A stretch of 46,638 bases of DNA from Nitrospiraceae bacterium. GTDB lineage: Bacteria > Nitrospirota > Nitrospiria > Nitrospirales > Nitrospiraceae. Made by a program: the position numbers and the translations under genes. The notes below the pieces were generated by a model. It saw only the letters and a list, made by a program, of their open reading frames with translations, was not told the DNA's origin and did not search any database. The stretch is taken from contig JBBIQV010000004.1 of assembly GCA_037442105.1 (NCBI GenBank), forward strand, positions 62,001 to 108,638. Direction: 5' to 3'. This document shows, piece by piece, positions 35,256-44,134 of this stretch. How positions within the stretch are numbered: the first letter of the stretch is position 1; every line of letters begins with the position of its first letter.

Positions 35256-35693
35256 ATGAGAGCCACAGAGTATTTTGCCAGCGCCCGTGATCCAAAGACC
35301 TTGACCATCCGGCAAATGATGGAAGATGCGGTCGTGACCGTGAGTCCTCAGTCAACCGGGATGGCGGTGGCGGAGCTTCTGAGCGAGCGTAATTTCGGCA
35401 GCCTCCCGGTCACAGAAGACGACGGAACCCTTGTGGGGTTAGTGAGTGAATTCGATCTTCTGAAGGTTGTGGAGGAGGGGAAGGATCTCCGACAGGTGAT
35501 CGTCGCAGACATCATGACGCGGGATGTCGTAACCGCCACGGAAGATATGCCGGTCAAGGACCTTATCCATCTGCTTCAGGAACGACACCTGATCCGCGTG
35601 CCGGTCGTCAAAGGAAAGACGCTGGTCGGCGTCGTGGCCCGTCGGGATATTGTCTTCGGATACGTGAAGGCGATGGCGAATTATTGGCCGTAG
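35256..35693 (+). CDS. Stand-alone CBS-pair protein
   Basis: AAAGGAG SD; two CBS repeats (LPVTEDDGTLVGLVSEFDLL; VPVVKGKTLVGVVARRDI). Confidence 0.9.
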   Translation: MRATEYFASARDPKTLTIRQMMEDAVVTVSPQSTGMAVAELLSERNFGSLPVTEDDGTLVGLVSEFDLLKVVEEGKDLRQVIVADIMTRDVVTATEDMPVKDLIHLLQERHLIRVPVVKGKTLVGVVARRDIVFGYVKAMANYWP

Positions 35694-35721
35694 CGAGAAG
35701 TAGCGAAAAACGGAGGTTGCC

Positions 35722-36207
35722 ATGCCGATCCTTAAGAGGCTGCAAGATTATCTCGATCAGCATAACGTGCCGTACCAGGTAGTGGGCCATCAGGAAGCCT
35801 ACACCACGCCTGAGATCGCGCATACGATGCACGTGTCCGGAAAAATGTTGGCGAAAGTGGTGATCGTCAAAGCAGGCGACCGGTTCGTGATGGCGGTGCT
35901 CCCGTCGAATTGGAGAATCGACTTTGATCGGCTCACAGAAGTGTTGGGTGCAGGCCACGTACGGTTGGCCACGGAGGACGAATTCAAAGGTCTTTTCCCC
36001 GATTGTCAAATCGGGACTATGCCGCCGTTCGGGAACCTGTACGGGTTAGAGGTCTACGTCGATCAGTCGCTGACGGAAGACGAGGAAATCATTTTCCAGG
36101 CGGGCACCCACTTTGGGGCTGTGAAGCTCAGGTACAAGGACTTCGCGGACTTGGTTCATCCGATGGTCGCAGAGTTCCATCAAGCGCCGGCGGGGTTGGC
36201 GAGTTAA
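35722..36207 (+). CDS. YbaK/EbsC (aminoacyl-tRNA deacylase) family protein
   Basis: GGAGG SD; LAKVVIVK, LATEDE..LFPDCQIGTMPPFGNLYG, VYVDQSL. Confidence 0.88.
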   Translation: MPILKRLQDYLDQHNVPYQVVGHQEAYTTPEIAHTMHVSGKMLAKVVIVKAGDRFVMAVLPSNWRIDFDRLTEVLGAGHVRLATEDEFKGLFPDCQIGTMPPFGNLYGLEVYVDQSLTEDEEIIFQAGTHFGAVKLRYKDFADLVHPMVAEFHQAPAGLAS

Positions 36208-36273
36208 CTTGGTCCATGCCGATGAATCATATGAGCTTCTGCGATCGTGTGGCTGAGGCTAAGGGAGGCCATT

Positions 36274-36474
36274 ATGGTGCAGACAGAAGATACAACGAAA
36301 GACATCCCGCCCTATGAAAGGCCAAGCCATTGTTTACTCTGCGGGCAGGTGGGACCGGTTTTGTTGTATGGGCACTGGATCTGTGACCACTGCAAGAATG
36401 TGGTGCAAGCGGAAGCCCTGGCAAAGAAACGCAAGATCGAAAAGGAGGGTGGCGGACCAGCGCTCACTCGCTAA
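36274..36474 (+). CDS. Small Zn-ribbon-like protein
   Basis: GGGAGG SD; CLLC-x13-CDHC. Confidence 0.65.
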   Translation: MVQTEDTTKDIPPYERPSHCLLCGQVGPVLLYGHWICDHCKNVVQAEALAKKRKIEKEGGGPALTR

Positions 36475-36740
36475 GCGGGGGAATTCTGCTCGGCACCGCT
36501 CCGATACCTGACTGCCAGGATAGAGGATAAGGGACAAGCATACCGCTCGCCGTCCTGCGGATCATTCCAGGTCGCACCGGTCTCGGAAATTCCGGCGGCT
36601 CCCCCTCCACCGAGCACCAGGCGATTGCCCTCTCGGAATTCATACGATCCAATATCAAACGTTCCCTCTTTTACCGCATACCATTTCCCATCGCCGAGCA
36701 GTACTGCGCCGATCTTGCCGGTGTCGATCGATATCCCCAT
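36471..36740 (-). CDS. Small hypothetical protein (only credible minus-strand gene in the window)
   Basis: AAGGAGG SD upstream of ATG 36740; MGISIDTGKIGAVLLGDGKWY...YACPLSSILAVRY; own sigma54 motif upstream. Confidence 0.7.
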   Translation of the reverse strand: MGISIDTGKIGAVLLGDGKWYAVKEGTFDIGSYEFREGNRLVLGGGGAAGISETGATWNDPQDGERYACPLSSILAVRYRSGAEQNSPA

Positions 36741-36795
36741 GTTTGCCTGCGCCCCTCCTTTTGTCCGGACGACGCTGCTGTCGAATCTCATTCGC

Positions 36796-36811
36796 TGCAA
36801 CCGGCGTACCG
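36796..36811 (-). promoter_or_regulatory. Sigma54 promoter (minus strand)
   Basis: Reverse complement CGGTACGCCGGTTGCA, GG-N10-GC. Confidence 0.65.
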
Positions 36812-36989
36812 CACAAGGGTCTTTGCTCGCTGTGCCAACAGCCATTGCCGGATCGCGGCGTAGCAGTCTGCGCCATTGCTGCTCTAGCGGCCGTCCCAAA
36901 CTTCCACAGTCGCGGGCGAATTGTCCGAAGATCGGTGAGAAAACCTACGCCCCGATAGGGATTTTATATTTCTAGCGCGCCATGCTCGT

Positions 36990-37004
36990 TGGCATGTTCG
37001 TTGC
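36990..37004 (+). promoter_or_regulatory. Sigma54 promoter of the cytochrome c-cyc2-like-bc-V/A-ATPase genes
   Basis: TGGCAT-GTTCG-TTGC, 26 bp before ATG 37031; AT-rich stretch upstream (36961-36972). Confidence 0.75.
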
Positions 37005-37030
37005 CCTTCCTTCTTTCGAGAGCTGCAGGC

Positions 37031-37348
37031 ATGAAGGCAAAAGCATTACTCGTTATGGCCATGGTGAGTGCCGCAAGCGTCAGCTCGGCGCAAGTCGAGC
37101 CGGCGCTGATTGCGAAGGGCGAGAAGGTCTATATGGACAAGCGCTGCGGTGCGTGCCACGCCATCAAGGGGAAAGGCGGGAAGGCCGGCCCGGATCTGGG
37201 TGACATCGGCGCCAAGCCGGAGGTGGAACGGCTGAAGAACTTCATGAAGGACCCCAAGGCCGTCAATCCGCAATCGAAGATGCTGCCGTTCAAGGGAACG
37301 GAGGAGGAACTGGAGGCGCTCGTCAGGTATCTCAGTTCGCTGAAATGA
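37031..37348 (+). CDS. Periplasmic monoheme class I cytochrome c
   Basis: Signal peptide; GEKVY..CGACH..GPDL..P..VNPQSKM (distal Met). Confidence 0.92.
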   Translation: MKAKALLVMAMVSAASVSSAQVEPALIAKGEKVYMDKRCGACHAIKGKGGKAGPDLGDIGAKPEVERLKNFMKDPKAVNPQSKMLPFKGTEEELEALVRYLSSLK

Positions 37349-37381
37349 AACGGCGGGGGAGGCCGGAGAAAGGACCGAGCC

Positions 37382-38626
37382 ATGACACGACGAGGGGGCA
37401 CGCCCAGACTCAGTCACATCGCCATTGTGATGGCTCTCATCATGATCGGGATCGCCGGAACATTGGTCGGCACCGTCCGGGAATCAAAGGCTATTCCTGC
37501 CTGGGCCCGCAAATACAACGCCGATTGCTCCATGTGCCATTACCCCACGGTCCCGCGTCTGAATTCCTTCGGCCAGCAGTTCCGGCGGGCCGGCTATCGG
37601 ACGCCCGACGAGTTCGGCAAGGACCAGGATGTGACCAAGGTGGGCGAGTTCTTCTCCACGAGACTGCGCGCCCGGTTCGGCTACGAAAACAAAGAAGGCC
37701 AGATCGACCGCAGCGAATTCACCTTGAACGATGTGACATTCTTTTATGCCGGGGCGATCACCAAAAACTTCTCGGCCTTAGTCGAACCGGAGTTCAAAAG
37801 CGATGGCAAATTGGAACTGGTCGGCCAGCTTCAAGGAGTCTTCGGAAACTCAGACCGGTACGTGAGCATCCGCGCGGGGCAGATGCATCCCCTCCAACGA
37901 GTGGGGCTCGGCGGATTTGACCGGCCCACAGGCATCAGCACCAATCCGCTGCATTCGACCACCCTGACAACCACCGCGTTCAAAAGCGGGGGCACAAGCT
38001 TTAGTCTCGCGACAGATCAGAAGGGAATCGAAGTCGCCTATGTCCAGGGTCGCAGCCGGCTGTTGGCGCAGGTCCTCAACGGGCTGGATTTAGATGCCAA
38101 AGGCACCGCCACAAGGGGAGATATTGATCCAATGAAAGATTACCTGGTGGCCTACGAGCACATCCTGGATGATATTGCCTCCGGGTTCACTCTTTTCTAT
38201 TACAACGGGAGCCTGCGCGGCACCATCCCAAATGTGCCGGGCCGCCCCCGCTTCGACTACTCGCGGTTCGGCATCAACGTCAATAAGATTTTCCCGGTCG
38301 GGTTCGGATTCTTTGAACTGCAAGGGGGGTTCATCCGAAGCTATGACAACGTCCCGGTCCAGCGCGGGACCGATGTCGAAGGCCACGCCTTTTACATCGA
38401 ATCGCAGCAAGTGCTCAAGGACACTTGGCTCACGTTCTTTGAACGGTATGCCTTCATCGAGCAGGATGCCGCGCGCAAGAACACGAGGCGGCAGGACTAC
38501 ACGCTCGGCGCGGTGATGCCGGTGCAGACCTGGCTTCGGGCGGCGGCGGAGTACACGTACACGGATAACCGGGCGACCGGCTCCTCCGATCATGTGGCGC
38601 TCGCTGAGTTGATGGTGAACTGGTAG
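37382..38626 (+). CDS. Cyc2-like outer-membrane cytochrome c-porin fusion
   Basis: Signal peptide then AIPAWARKYNADCSMCHYPTVPRLNSFGQQFRRAGY (Cyc2-type N-terminal heme motif); amphipathic beta-strand C-terminal region ending in W. Confidence 0.75.
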   Translation: MTRRGGTPRLSHIAIVMALIMIGIAGTLVGTVRESKAIPAWARKYNADCSMCHYPTVPRLNSFGQQFRRAGYRTPDEFGKDQDVTKVGEFFSTRLRARFGYENKEGQIDRSEFTLNDVTFFYAGAITKNFSALVEPEFKSDGKLELVGQLQGVFGNSDRYVSIRAGQMHPLQRVGLGGFDRPTGISTNPLHSTTLTTTAFKSGGTSFSLATDQKGIEVAYVQGRSRLLAQVLNGLDLDAKGTATRGDIDPMKDYLVAYEHILDDIASGFTLFYYNGSLRGTIPNVPGRPRFDYSRFGINVNKIFPVGFGFFELQGGFIRSYDNVPVQRGTDVEGHAFYIESQQVLKDTWLTFFERYAFIEQDAARKNTRRQDYTLGAVMPVQTWLRAAAEYTYTDNRATGSSDHVALAELMVNW

Positions 38627-38638
38627 CCGGGAGAAAAA

Positions 38639-38712
38639 CCGCTGGCCGTTATCAGTCATCCGTTAACCGTTATCCGTAATCGGAAAAACGGCCAACGGAA
38701 AACGGATCATCG
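38639..38712. repeat. Heptamer tandem-repeat hairpin (CCGTTAT/AACGG family)
   Basis: CCGTTAT CAGTCAT CCGTTAA CCGTTAT CCGTAAT ... AACGGCC AACGGAA AACGGAT. Confidence 0.75.
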
Positions 38713-38725
38713 CGCGGAGACCTCG

Positions 38726-39223
38726 ATGCTGGAGAGACGGAGCTTCGTGACGGGCCTGCTCGCTGTCCTCGGTATGGTCATGGCGGCTGTGGTCGGTATT
38801 CCGCTGGTCGGCTACACGGTCCTGCCTGCACTCAAAAAGCGACCGGAGGTCTGGATCGACGGAGGAGCGGAAGCGGAGCTCATCCCCGGCCAGCCGCGTG
38901 AACTCAAGATCTACCAGACCATCACTGAGGGCTGGCACAAGACCACGTTGGCCAAGTCCATCTGGGCCGTCAAACAAGCGACGGGCGAGCTGGCGGTGTA
39001 TTCGGGACTTTGTACACACCTCGGTTGCGGCTTTCGGTGGGATCAACAGAAGCAGGAGTTTCGATGCCCCTGCCATACGGCGGCGTTTGCACTGGACGGT
39101 CGCGTGCTCGGAGGCCCGCCGCCCAGGCCGCTCGACACGCTTCCAGCCAAGGTGGAGGGCGGACGGCTCCTGGTGATTTACAAGGAGTTCAAGGCGGGCG
39201 CGACCGCGAAAATCGAAATATAG
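38726..39223 (+). CDS. qcrA: Rieske [2Fe-2S] subunit of a cytochrome bc complex
   Basis: Tat-like ERRSF plus TM; CTHLGC and CPCH; GPPPRPL. Confidence 0.93.
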   Translation: MLERRSFVTGLLAVLGMVMAAVVGIPLVGYTVLPALKKRPEVWIDGGAEAELIPGQPRELKIYQTITEGWHKTTLAKSIWAVKQATGELAVYSGLCTHLGCGFRWDQQKQEFRCPCHTAAFALDGRVLGGPPPRPLDTLPAKVEGGRLLVIYKEFKAGATAKIEI

Positions 39224-39311
39224 GGCTAGTGGTACGGGGCGAGAGGCAGGAGGCAAGAAAAATGTTCGTCTTTGTCCCAACCTCTAGCCCCTTGCCTCGG
39301 GCCTCGCGCCT
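39223..39311. repeat. Heptamer tandem-repeat hairpin (GAGGC/GCCTC family)
   Basis: GGGGCGA GAGGCAG GAGGCAA ... CCTCTAG CCCCTTG CCTCGGG CCTCGCG CC; related to 45206-45297. Confidence 0.72.
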
Positions 39312-39320
39312 GGAGCAACA

Positions 39321-40637
39321 ATGTTGCGAACCATCTATAACTGGCTCGATGAGCGCCTGAAGTTGACGCCGATCCGCGTTGCATTGCTCGAAGAGCCCAT
39401 CCCCGGCGGTGCAAGCTGGATCTATGTCTTCGGAAGCGTGACGCTCTTTGCGTTCCTCCTCCAGATGGGAACCGGTATGTTCCTGATGCTGTCCTACGCG
39501 CCGACCGCCGACCATGCCTACGAGAGTGTCCGCTACATCCAGGAAGAAGTTCCGTTCGGGACGTTTCTCAGGAGCCTCCATCATTGGGGGGCTTCGTTGA
39601 TGATGGTAGCGGTCGGCCTGCATATGCTCCAAGTCTTTCTGTACGGCGCTTATAAGCGCCCGCGGGAACTGATGTGGCTGGTCGGCGTGGTGCTGTTTCT
39701 CCTTACGCTCGCGTTCGGGTTCAGCGGCTATCTGCTGCCCTGGGACCAGCGGGCCTACTGGGCCACTCAAGTAGGGGTGAACATTGTGGGGACGATTCCG
39801 CTGATCGGCGAGACGCTTGTGAGGATTATTCGGGGAGGTCCGACCCTTGGCACAATGACCCTGAGCCGGTTCTTTGCGCTGCACACCGTGTTTCTCCCCT
39901 GGCTCTTGATGGGTCTGGTGGTCCTGCATCTGATCATTCTCCGCCGGCTCGGACCGGCCGGTCCGTGGGACCCTGCGCGGGCAACCGCTTTCAGTGAACC
40001 GTTTTGGCCGAAGCAAGTGGGGATGGATGCTGTCGCGATGTTTGCGGCCTTTCTCATCCTTGTCAGCGTGGCCCTGTGGCTGCCGCCATCGTTGGCCGAT
40101 CGCGCGAATCCCGCCGATACGACCTTTATGCCGGTCCCTGAATGGTACTTTCTCTTCTATTACGAGATGCTCAAGTACTTCCGCGGGCGGTGGGAGATCG
40201 TCGGCACCGTGATCATCCCGGTGTTGTTCTACGCGCTGTTATTCTTGCTTCCATTCCTTGATCGGCGTCCGGAGCGCCGGCCGTTTTCCCGCCCGATGGC
40301 CATCGGAGCCGGTGGTCTACTGTTGGCCGTCGTCTTCGCTTTTCTGACGATGTCGCTGAAGGCGGTGGCTTCGATCTCTCTGACAGACCCCTCGGTTGCA
40401 CGGGGCAAGCAGCTCTATCAGGCGTTGGGTTGTGCTGCCTGTCACCGCATTCATGGAGAGGGGGAAGCGGTGGGACCCGATCTTTCTAACGTAGGAAGCC
40501 AACGAAATGCCGGCTGGCTGATGCATCGCTTAAGGGAGCCCGAATCCGTACAGCCGGGCTCCATCATGCCCGCGTATGCGAGCCTGAGCGACGAGGAACT
40601 GAGAGACCTGGCGAATTATATGGTGAGTCTGAAGTGA
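39321..40637 (+). CDS. qcrB: Cytochrome b of the bc complex fused to a C-terminal cytochrome c
   Basis: WLDERL, RSLHHWGAS, HMLQVF, GYLLPWDQ, LHTVFLP..LHL, PEWYFLF, C-terminal CAACH..GPDL..PGSIMP. Confidence 0.93.
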   Translation: MLRTIYNWLDERLKLTPIRVALLEEPIPGGASWIYVFGSVTLFAFLLQMGTGMFLMLSYAPTADHAYESVRYIQEEVPFGTFLRSLHHWGASLMMVAVGLHMLQVFLYGAYKRPRELMWLVGVVLFLLTLAFGFSGYLLPWDQRAYWATQVGVNIVGTIPLIGETLVRIIRGGPTLGTMTLSRFFALHTVFLPWLLMGLVVLHLIILRRLGPAGPWDPARATAFSEPFWPKQVGMDAVAMFAAFLILVSVALWLPPSLADRANPADTTFMPVPEWYFLFYYEMLKYFRGRWEIVGTVIIPVLFYALLFLLPFLDRRPERRPFSRPMAIGAGGLLLAVVFAFLTMSLKAVASISLTDPSVARGKQLYQALGCAACHRIHGEGEAVGPDLSNVGSQRNAGWLMHRLREPESVQPGSIMPAYASLSDEELRDLANYMVSLK

Positions 40638-40699
40638 AATTCCGGACAAGCGGCGTGTGGGACGAGGCGAGAGGGTGAGGCCGTTTTCAACATTCTGAT

Positions 40700-41110
40700 A
40701 TGCCTGACGAACGAGACCAACAGTCGCCGGAGATCCTCCTGCAGATTCAGACTGCTGAGCACAAAGTGGAGGCCATGCTTCGCGCGGCTGAACGTGACGC
40801 CGCTGCGCTGATCGAGAGAGCCCGCGCTCAAACCGATGCCCTGGTGAACGAGAAACGCCGCGCGCTGGAGGAGAAGAAAAAGGATGCGCTCGCCCAAGGT
40901 TTCATGGAAGCGGAGCGCGAGGCCGGCCAAGTCATCGAGCAGGCCCGAGCCATGGCCGGTGTTCTGAAGGCACGGTGCGCGACCAAAATGGATGAGGCTG
41001 TCGAATTGGTTCTCAAGCGGATTCTGCCGGTTGCCGAGGAGGGATCAGCTGTCAGCAATCAGCCGTCAGCGATCAGTCCTGTCAGCAAAGAAGACAAACC
41101 TGATGGCTGA
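40700..41110 (+). CDS. V/A-type ATPase peripheral-stalk subunit G (H)
   Basis: Charged coiled coil (IQTAEHKVEAMLRAAERDA...DEAVELVLKRILP) directly before subunit I. Confidence 0.78.
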   Translation: MPDERDQQSPEILLQIQTAEHKVEAMLRAAERDAAALIERARAQTDALVNEKRRALEEKKKDALAQGFMEAEREAGQVIEQARAMAGVLKARCATKMDEAVELVLKRILPVAEEGSAVSNQPSAISPVSKEDKPDG

Positions 41111-41129
41111 ATGCTAATAGCTGACAGCG
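41045..41129. repeat. Heptamer tandem-repeat hairpin overlapping the 3' end of the subunit G gene
   Basis: TCAGCTG TCAGCAA TCAGCCG TCAGCGA TCAG ... CTGATGG CTGAATG CTAATAG CTGACAG. Confidence 0.8.
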
Positions 41130-41134
41130 AGACC

Positions 41135-43036
41135 ATGATTGAGCCAATGGCCAAAGTGCGATTGATCTCTCCTCGCCACCTGGTGGACGGGGTGACGGCG
41201 ACCCTTCAAGAGATCGGCGTCTTGCATATCGAGTCTGCCCCCGGTGAAGCCATCCGGATTCCGTTGCCTCCTCATGTGATGGATGAAGCGGCCCGGCAAC
41301 GGCGGGCTGCACTGGATCGACTGCGCGAAGAATTGCGCCGGCTTCTTGTCCTGCTGCCGGAGATCTCCTCCGGTGAATGGAGAGGGGCTGCACCATCGCG
41401 ACCGGAGCTCACAGGGAAACACCTTGTGCTCCTGACCCAGATGGTGAGAGAGGTCGGCGGCCGCGTCGATGAGGCATCCGCGAGATTGAAAGCGTGCGAA
41501 GAGGAACTGGCGCTTTTGTCTAAATATGAGAAAGCCCTCGTGGCGCTCACCCCATTTCTCAGTTTGATTCAGGAGAGCGAAGAGTTGGACCACCTCGGTG
41601 TCACGCTTGAAGAGAAAGAAAAGGACCGCCATCTCCTGGGGGTTCTCCATGAAATGATGGCTACGATAACCCACAACCGCTATGAGTTGTTCCATGCCCG
41701 TTTGGATGAGCGGTCGCTGGTCGTCCTCATGATCTTTCCGAAAGCCGACAGCTCCAAGATTCGCAGTCTGCTGTGGGAGGAGGGCATCACCGAACTCCAG
41801 CTTCCGGTGTCCGTCGCAGACAAGCCCTTAGGTCAAGCTCTTCGCATTATCCTCCAAAAGAAAACCGAGCTTCCCATCCAGGTCTCGCGGCATCGGCAGG
41901 ACCTGAAAGATTTGGCTCTCCGGTGGCGTCAGGTTCTGGCGCAATCCTATGAGGCTGCCCTCTGTTGTCTGGAACAGATTGATGCGACCGCGTATTTCTA
42001 TCAGACGAAGATGGCCAGCTTTATTTACGGCTGGGCGCCCCATCGTTCCCTTGCCGAGATGAGCGGCAGAATCGGCACAGAGTTTGGAGGGAAAGTGGTG
42101 ATCGATGTGTGCCCGATCAATCCCAAGGAATGGCGGATGATCCCGGTCATTCTGAGGAACCCCGATTTTCTACGCCCGTTTGAAACGCTGACACGGCTGA
42201 TCGCGCTGCCTGTGTACGGCAGCATCGATCCCACACCGTATCTCGCGGTCTTCTTCCCCCTTTTCTACGGCATGATCTTGGGCGATGTCGGGTATGGCCT
42301 GCTGTTGCTCGCCGGCGCAGCGATCGTCAGACAGCGTTACGTTGAAAATCCCATCATGCGGGACCTCGCCGGCATTTTTCTCGTCGCGTCGGCCACGGCG
42401 GTCCTATTCGGTATTCTCTTCGGCGAGTTCTTCGGCGAACTCGGCGGATATGTCGGGCTCAGACCGATCCTCAACCGTATGGAAGCCTTCATTCCTTTTC
42501 TGGCCATTTCGATCGCGATCGGCATGCTCCATGTCGCCCTTGGGATTGTGCTGGGGGCGTGGTCTGCCTGGCGGCGTGGAGAATGGCGGGAATGTTCGGC
42601 CAAACTCGGCGGGCTGCTGCTCGTCGTGACGTTCGTCGCGCTCATTGCGAGCGTCGCGAATCTGTTGCCCGGGACATGGGTGACCGCAGAAACCGCAGCA
42701 CTACTGTTGTCGCTGGTCATCATCTTCGTCTTCGGAGGAGGACGGGGAGCGATGGAATTGCACAATCTGATCAATGTGCTTTCCTACCTCCGGCTCATGG
42801 GCATCGGCGTCGCTTCTGCGGCATTGGCCTTTGCCGCCAATACACTTGGCGGGATGGTGGGGAACCTGTTCTTGGCCGTCGCCGTTGCGGGGACTTTACA
42901 TGCGATCAATCTCGTCTTTGGAATTCTGTCGCCGACGATCCAGTCGCTGCGTCTTCACTATGTGGAGTTCTTCGAGAACTTTTTTGCGCCGGGAGGCAGG
43001 CCTTATAGACCGTTCAGGAGGGAAGCGAGTAGCTAA
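41135..43036 (+). CDS. atpI: V/A-type ATPase subunit I (a)
   Basis: MIEPMAKV start; PVYGSIDPTP, FFPLFYGMILGDVGYG, NVLSYLRLMGIG, LRLHYVEFF. Confidence 0.94.
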   Translation: MIEPMAKVRLISPRHLVDGVTATLQEIGVLHIESAPGEAIRIPLPPHVMDEAARQRRAALDRLREELRRLLVLLPEISSGEWRGAAPSRPELTGKHLVLLTQMVREVGGRVDEASARLKACEEELALLSKYEKALVALTPFLSLIQESEELDHLGVTLEEKEKDRHLLGVLHEMMATITHNRYELFHARLDERSLVVLMIFPKADSSKIRSLLWEEGITELQLPVSVADKPLGQALRIILQKKTELPIQVSRHRQDLKDLALRWRQVLAQSYEAALCCLEQIDATAYFYQTKMASFIYGWAPHRSLAEMSGRIGTEFGGKVVIDVCPINPKEWRMIPVILRNPDFLRPFETLTRLIALPVYGSIDPTPYLAVFFPLFYGMILGDVGYGLLLLAGAAIVRQRYVENPIMRDLAGIFLVASATAVLFGILFGEFFGELGGYVGLRPILNRMEAFIPFLAISIAIGMLHVALGIVLGAWSAWRRGEWRECSAKLGGLLLVVTFVALIASVANLLPGTWVTAETAALLLSLVIIFVFGGGRGAMELHNLINVLSYLRLMGIGVASAALAFAANTLGGMVGNLFLAVAVAGTLHAINLVFGILSPTIQSLRLHYVEFFENFFAPGGRPYRPFRREASS

Positions 43037-43178
43037 CAGCGAATCGCGTCGAAACAAGAGCGAAGAGCTGGTAGCCAATAGGAAATAGCCTGAAACGATG
43101 GAGAGACTGACCGCTGGTGTGGAGCTACTCGCTGCCAGCTACCGGCTGTTAGCTGGTGGAGCTGTTCGCTATTCGTTA
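43024..43178. repeat. Extended heptamer tandem-repeat hairpin between subunits I and K
   Basis: AGCGAGT AGCTAAC AGCGAAT ... GCTACTC GCTGCCA GCTACCG GCTGTTA GCTGG..GCTGTTC GCTATTC. Confidence 0.75.
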
Positions 43179-43195
43179 TCACGGGAGGAGAAAAG

Positions 43196-43417
43196 ATGAC
43201 TGAGATCGGACTCATTGCCATCGGTGCGGGCTTGGCGATCGGACTGGCGGCATTAGCGACAGGCTTGGCGCAAGCCAAGATCGGTGCGGCCGCCATTGGC
43301 GCGATTCTGGAAAAGCCGGAATCATTCGGGACGATGTTGATCGTGCTCGTTATTCCGGAAACGCTGGTGATCTTCGGCTTCACCGTCGCGATTTTGATTT
43401 TGTTCACGCTGAAATGA
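43196..43417 (+). CDS. atpK: V/A-type ATPase proteolipid subunit K (c), single hairpin
   Basis: GGGAGGAG SD; GLAIGLAALATGLAQAKIGAAAIGAI..IPETLVIFG (catalytic Glu). Confidence 0.95.
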   Translation: MTEIGLIAIGAGLAIGLAALATGLAQAKIGAAAIGAILEKPESFGTMLIVLVIPETLVIFGFTVAILILFTLK

Positions 43418-43477
43418 AGCGTACAGCCGTCAGCAAACAGCTCACAGCCCGGAGCTGATCGCTGAGAGCTGATCGCT
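43418..43477. repeat. Heptamer tandem-repeat hairpin between subunits K and E
   Basis: AGCGTAC AGCCGTC AGCAAAC AGCTCAC AGC ... GCTGATC GCTGAGA GCTGATC GCT. Confidence 0.8.
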
Positions 43478-43489
43478 TGTGTGGCCGCC

Positions 43490-44080
43490 ATGCCGTACGA
43501 ATCCCTCATCGCTGCGCTTCTGGAAGAAGGCGAGACGAAATGCGAGGCTATCCTTCGCAAGGCCCAGGCTGAGGCGGATGGCTTGCGCGCGGAAGCGAAA
43601 CGGGCTCTCCGCACACTGGACTGCGAGATGGAAGAGCAGATCCAACGCGATCTCGCGGCGCAGCGGACGGCGATCCTGAGCCGGGCTGTGTTGGCCGCGC
43701 GCCAGGTCTTGTTGCAGGCGAGGCACGAGGTGCTAGACGCGGTGATGAGCGACGCCGGGAAGAGAGCCTTGGCCCTTGCGGGAGACGCTCGAATCAAAGT
43801 GCTGCGGGGATTGCTCAATGAATTGCTGGCCATGGTACCTGCACCGCCTGTCCGGGCGTTCATTGATGACCGAGAATGCTCAGTTCTTGCGAGCCTTTTG
43901 AGCCAGAAGGAAATCCCTTTTAAGGAACAGCGGCGTGATGATCTCCTGCTGGGGATCTCGCTCGAAGTTGACGGGCAGGTGCTGACCAATAGTTTTGCGA
44001 CACGGCTTGCCAAGGTGAAGCCTGAGCTGATCCTGGAACTGAACCGGCTGCTCTTTGATCAGAACACAGCGAGTAGCTAA
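43490..44080 (+). CDS. atpE: V/A-type ATPase subunit E
   Basis: N-terminal coiled coil, C-terminal LLGISLEVDGQVLTNSFATRL; position between K and C. Confidence 0.85.
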   Translation: MPYESLIAALLEEGETKCEAILRKAQAEADGLRAEAKRALRTLDCEMEEQIQRDLAAQRTAILSRAVLAARQVLLQARHEVLDAVMSDAGKRALALAGDARIKVLRGLLNELLAMVPAPPVRAFIDDRECSVLASLLSQKEIPFKEQRRDDLLLGISLEVDGQVLTNSFATRLAKVKPELILELNRLLFDQNTASS

Positions 44081-44128
44081 TAGCGAACAGCGCGGAGCTA
44101 TTCGCTACCGTCAATTGGCTGTCGGCTG
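44068..44128. repeat. Heptamer tandem-repeat hairpin between subunits E and C
   Basis: AGCGAGT AGCTAAT AGCGAAC AGC ... GCTATTC GCTACC; first 20 nt are 19/20 identical to 43024-43043. Confidence 0.75.
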
Positions 44129-44134
44129 AGATAA

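Noticed and set aside
592..44013. Many long minus-strand ORFs (e.g. 592-1521, 2031-2984, 18163-19152, 21388-22557, 23005-24279, 33618-34781, 43033-44013)
   Set aside because: Antisense shadows of well-supported plus-strand genes in high-GC DNA; no recognisable motifs
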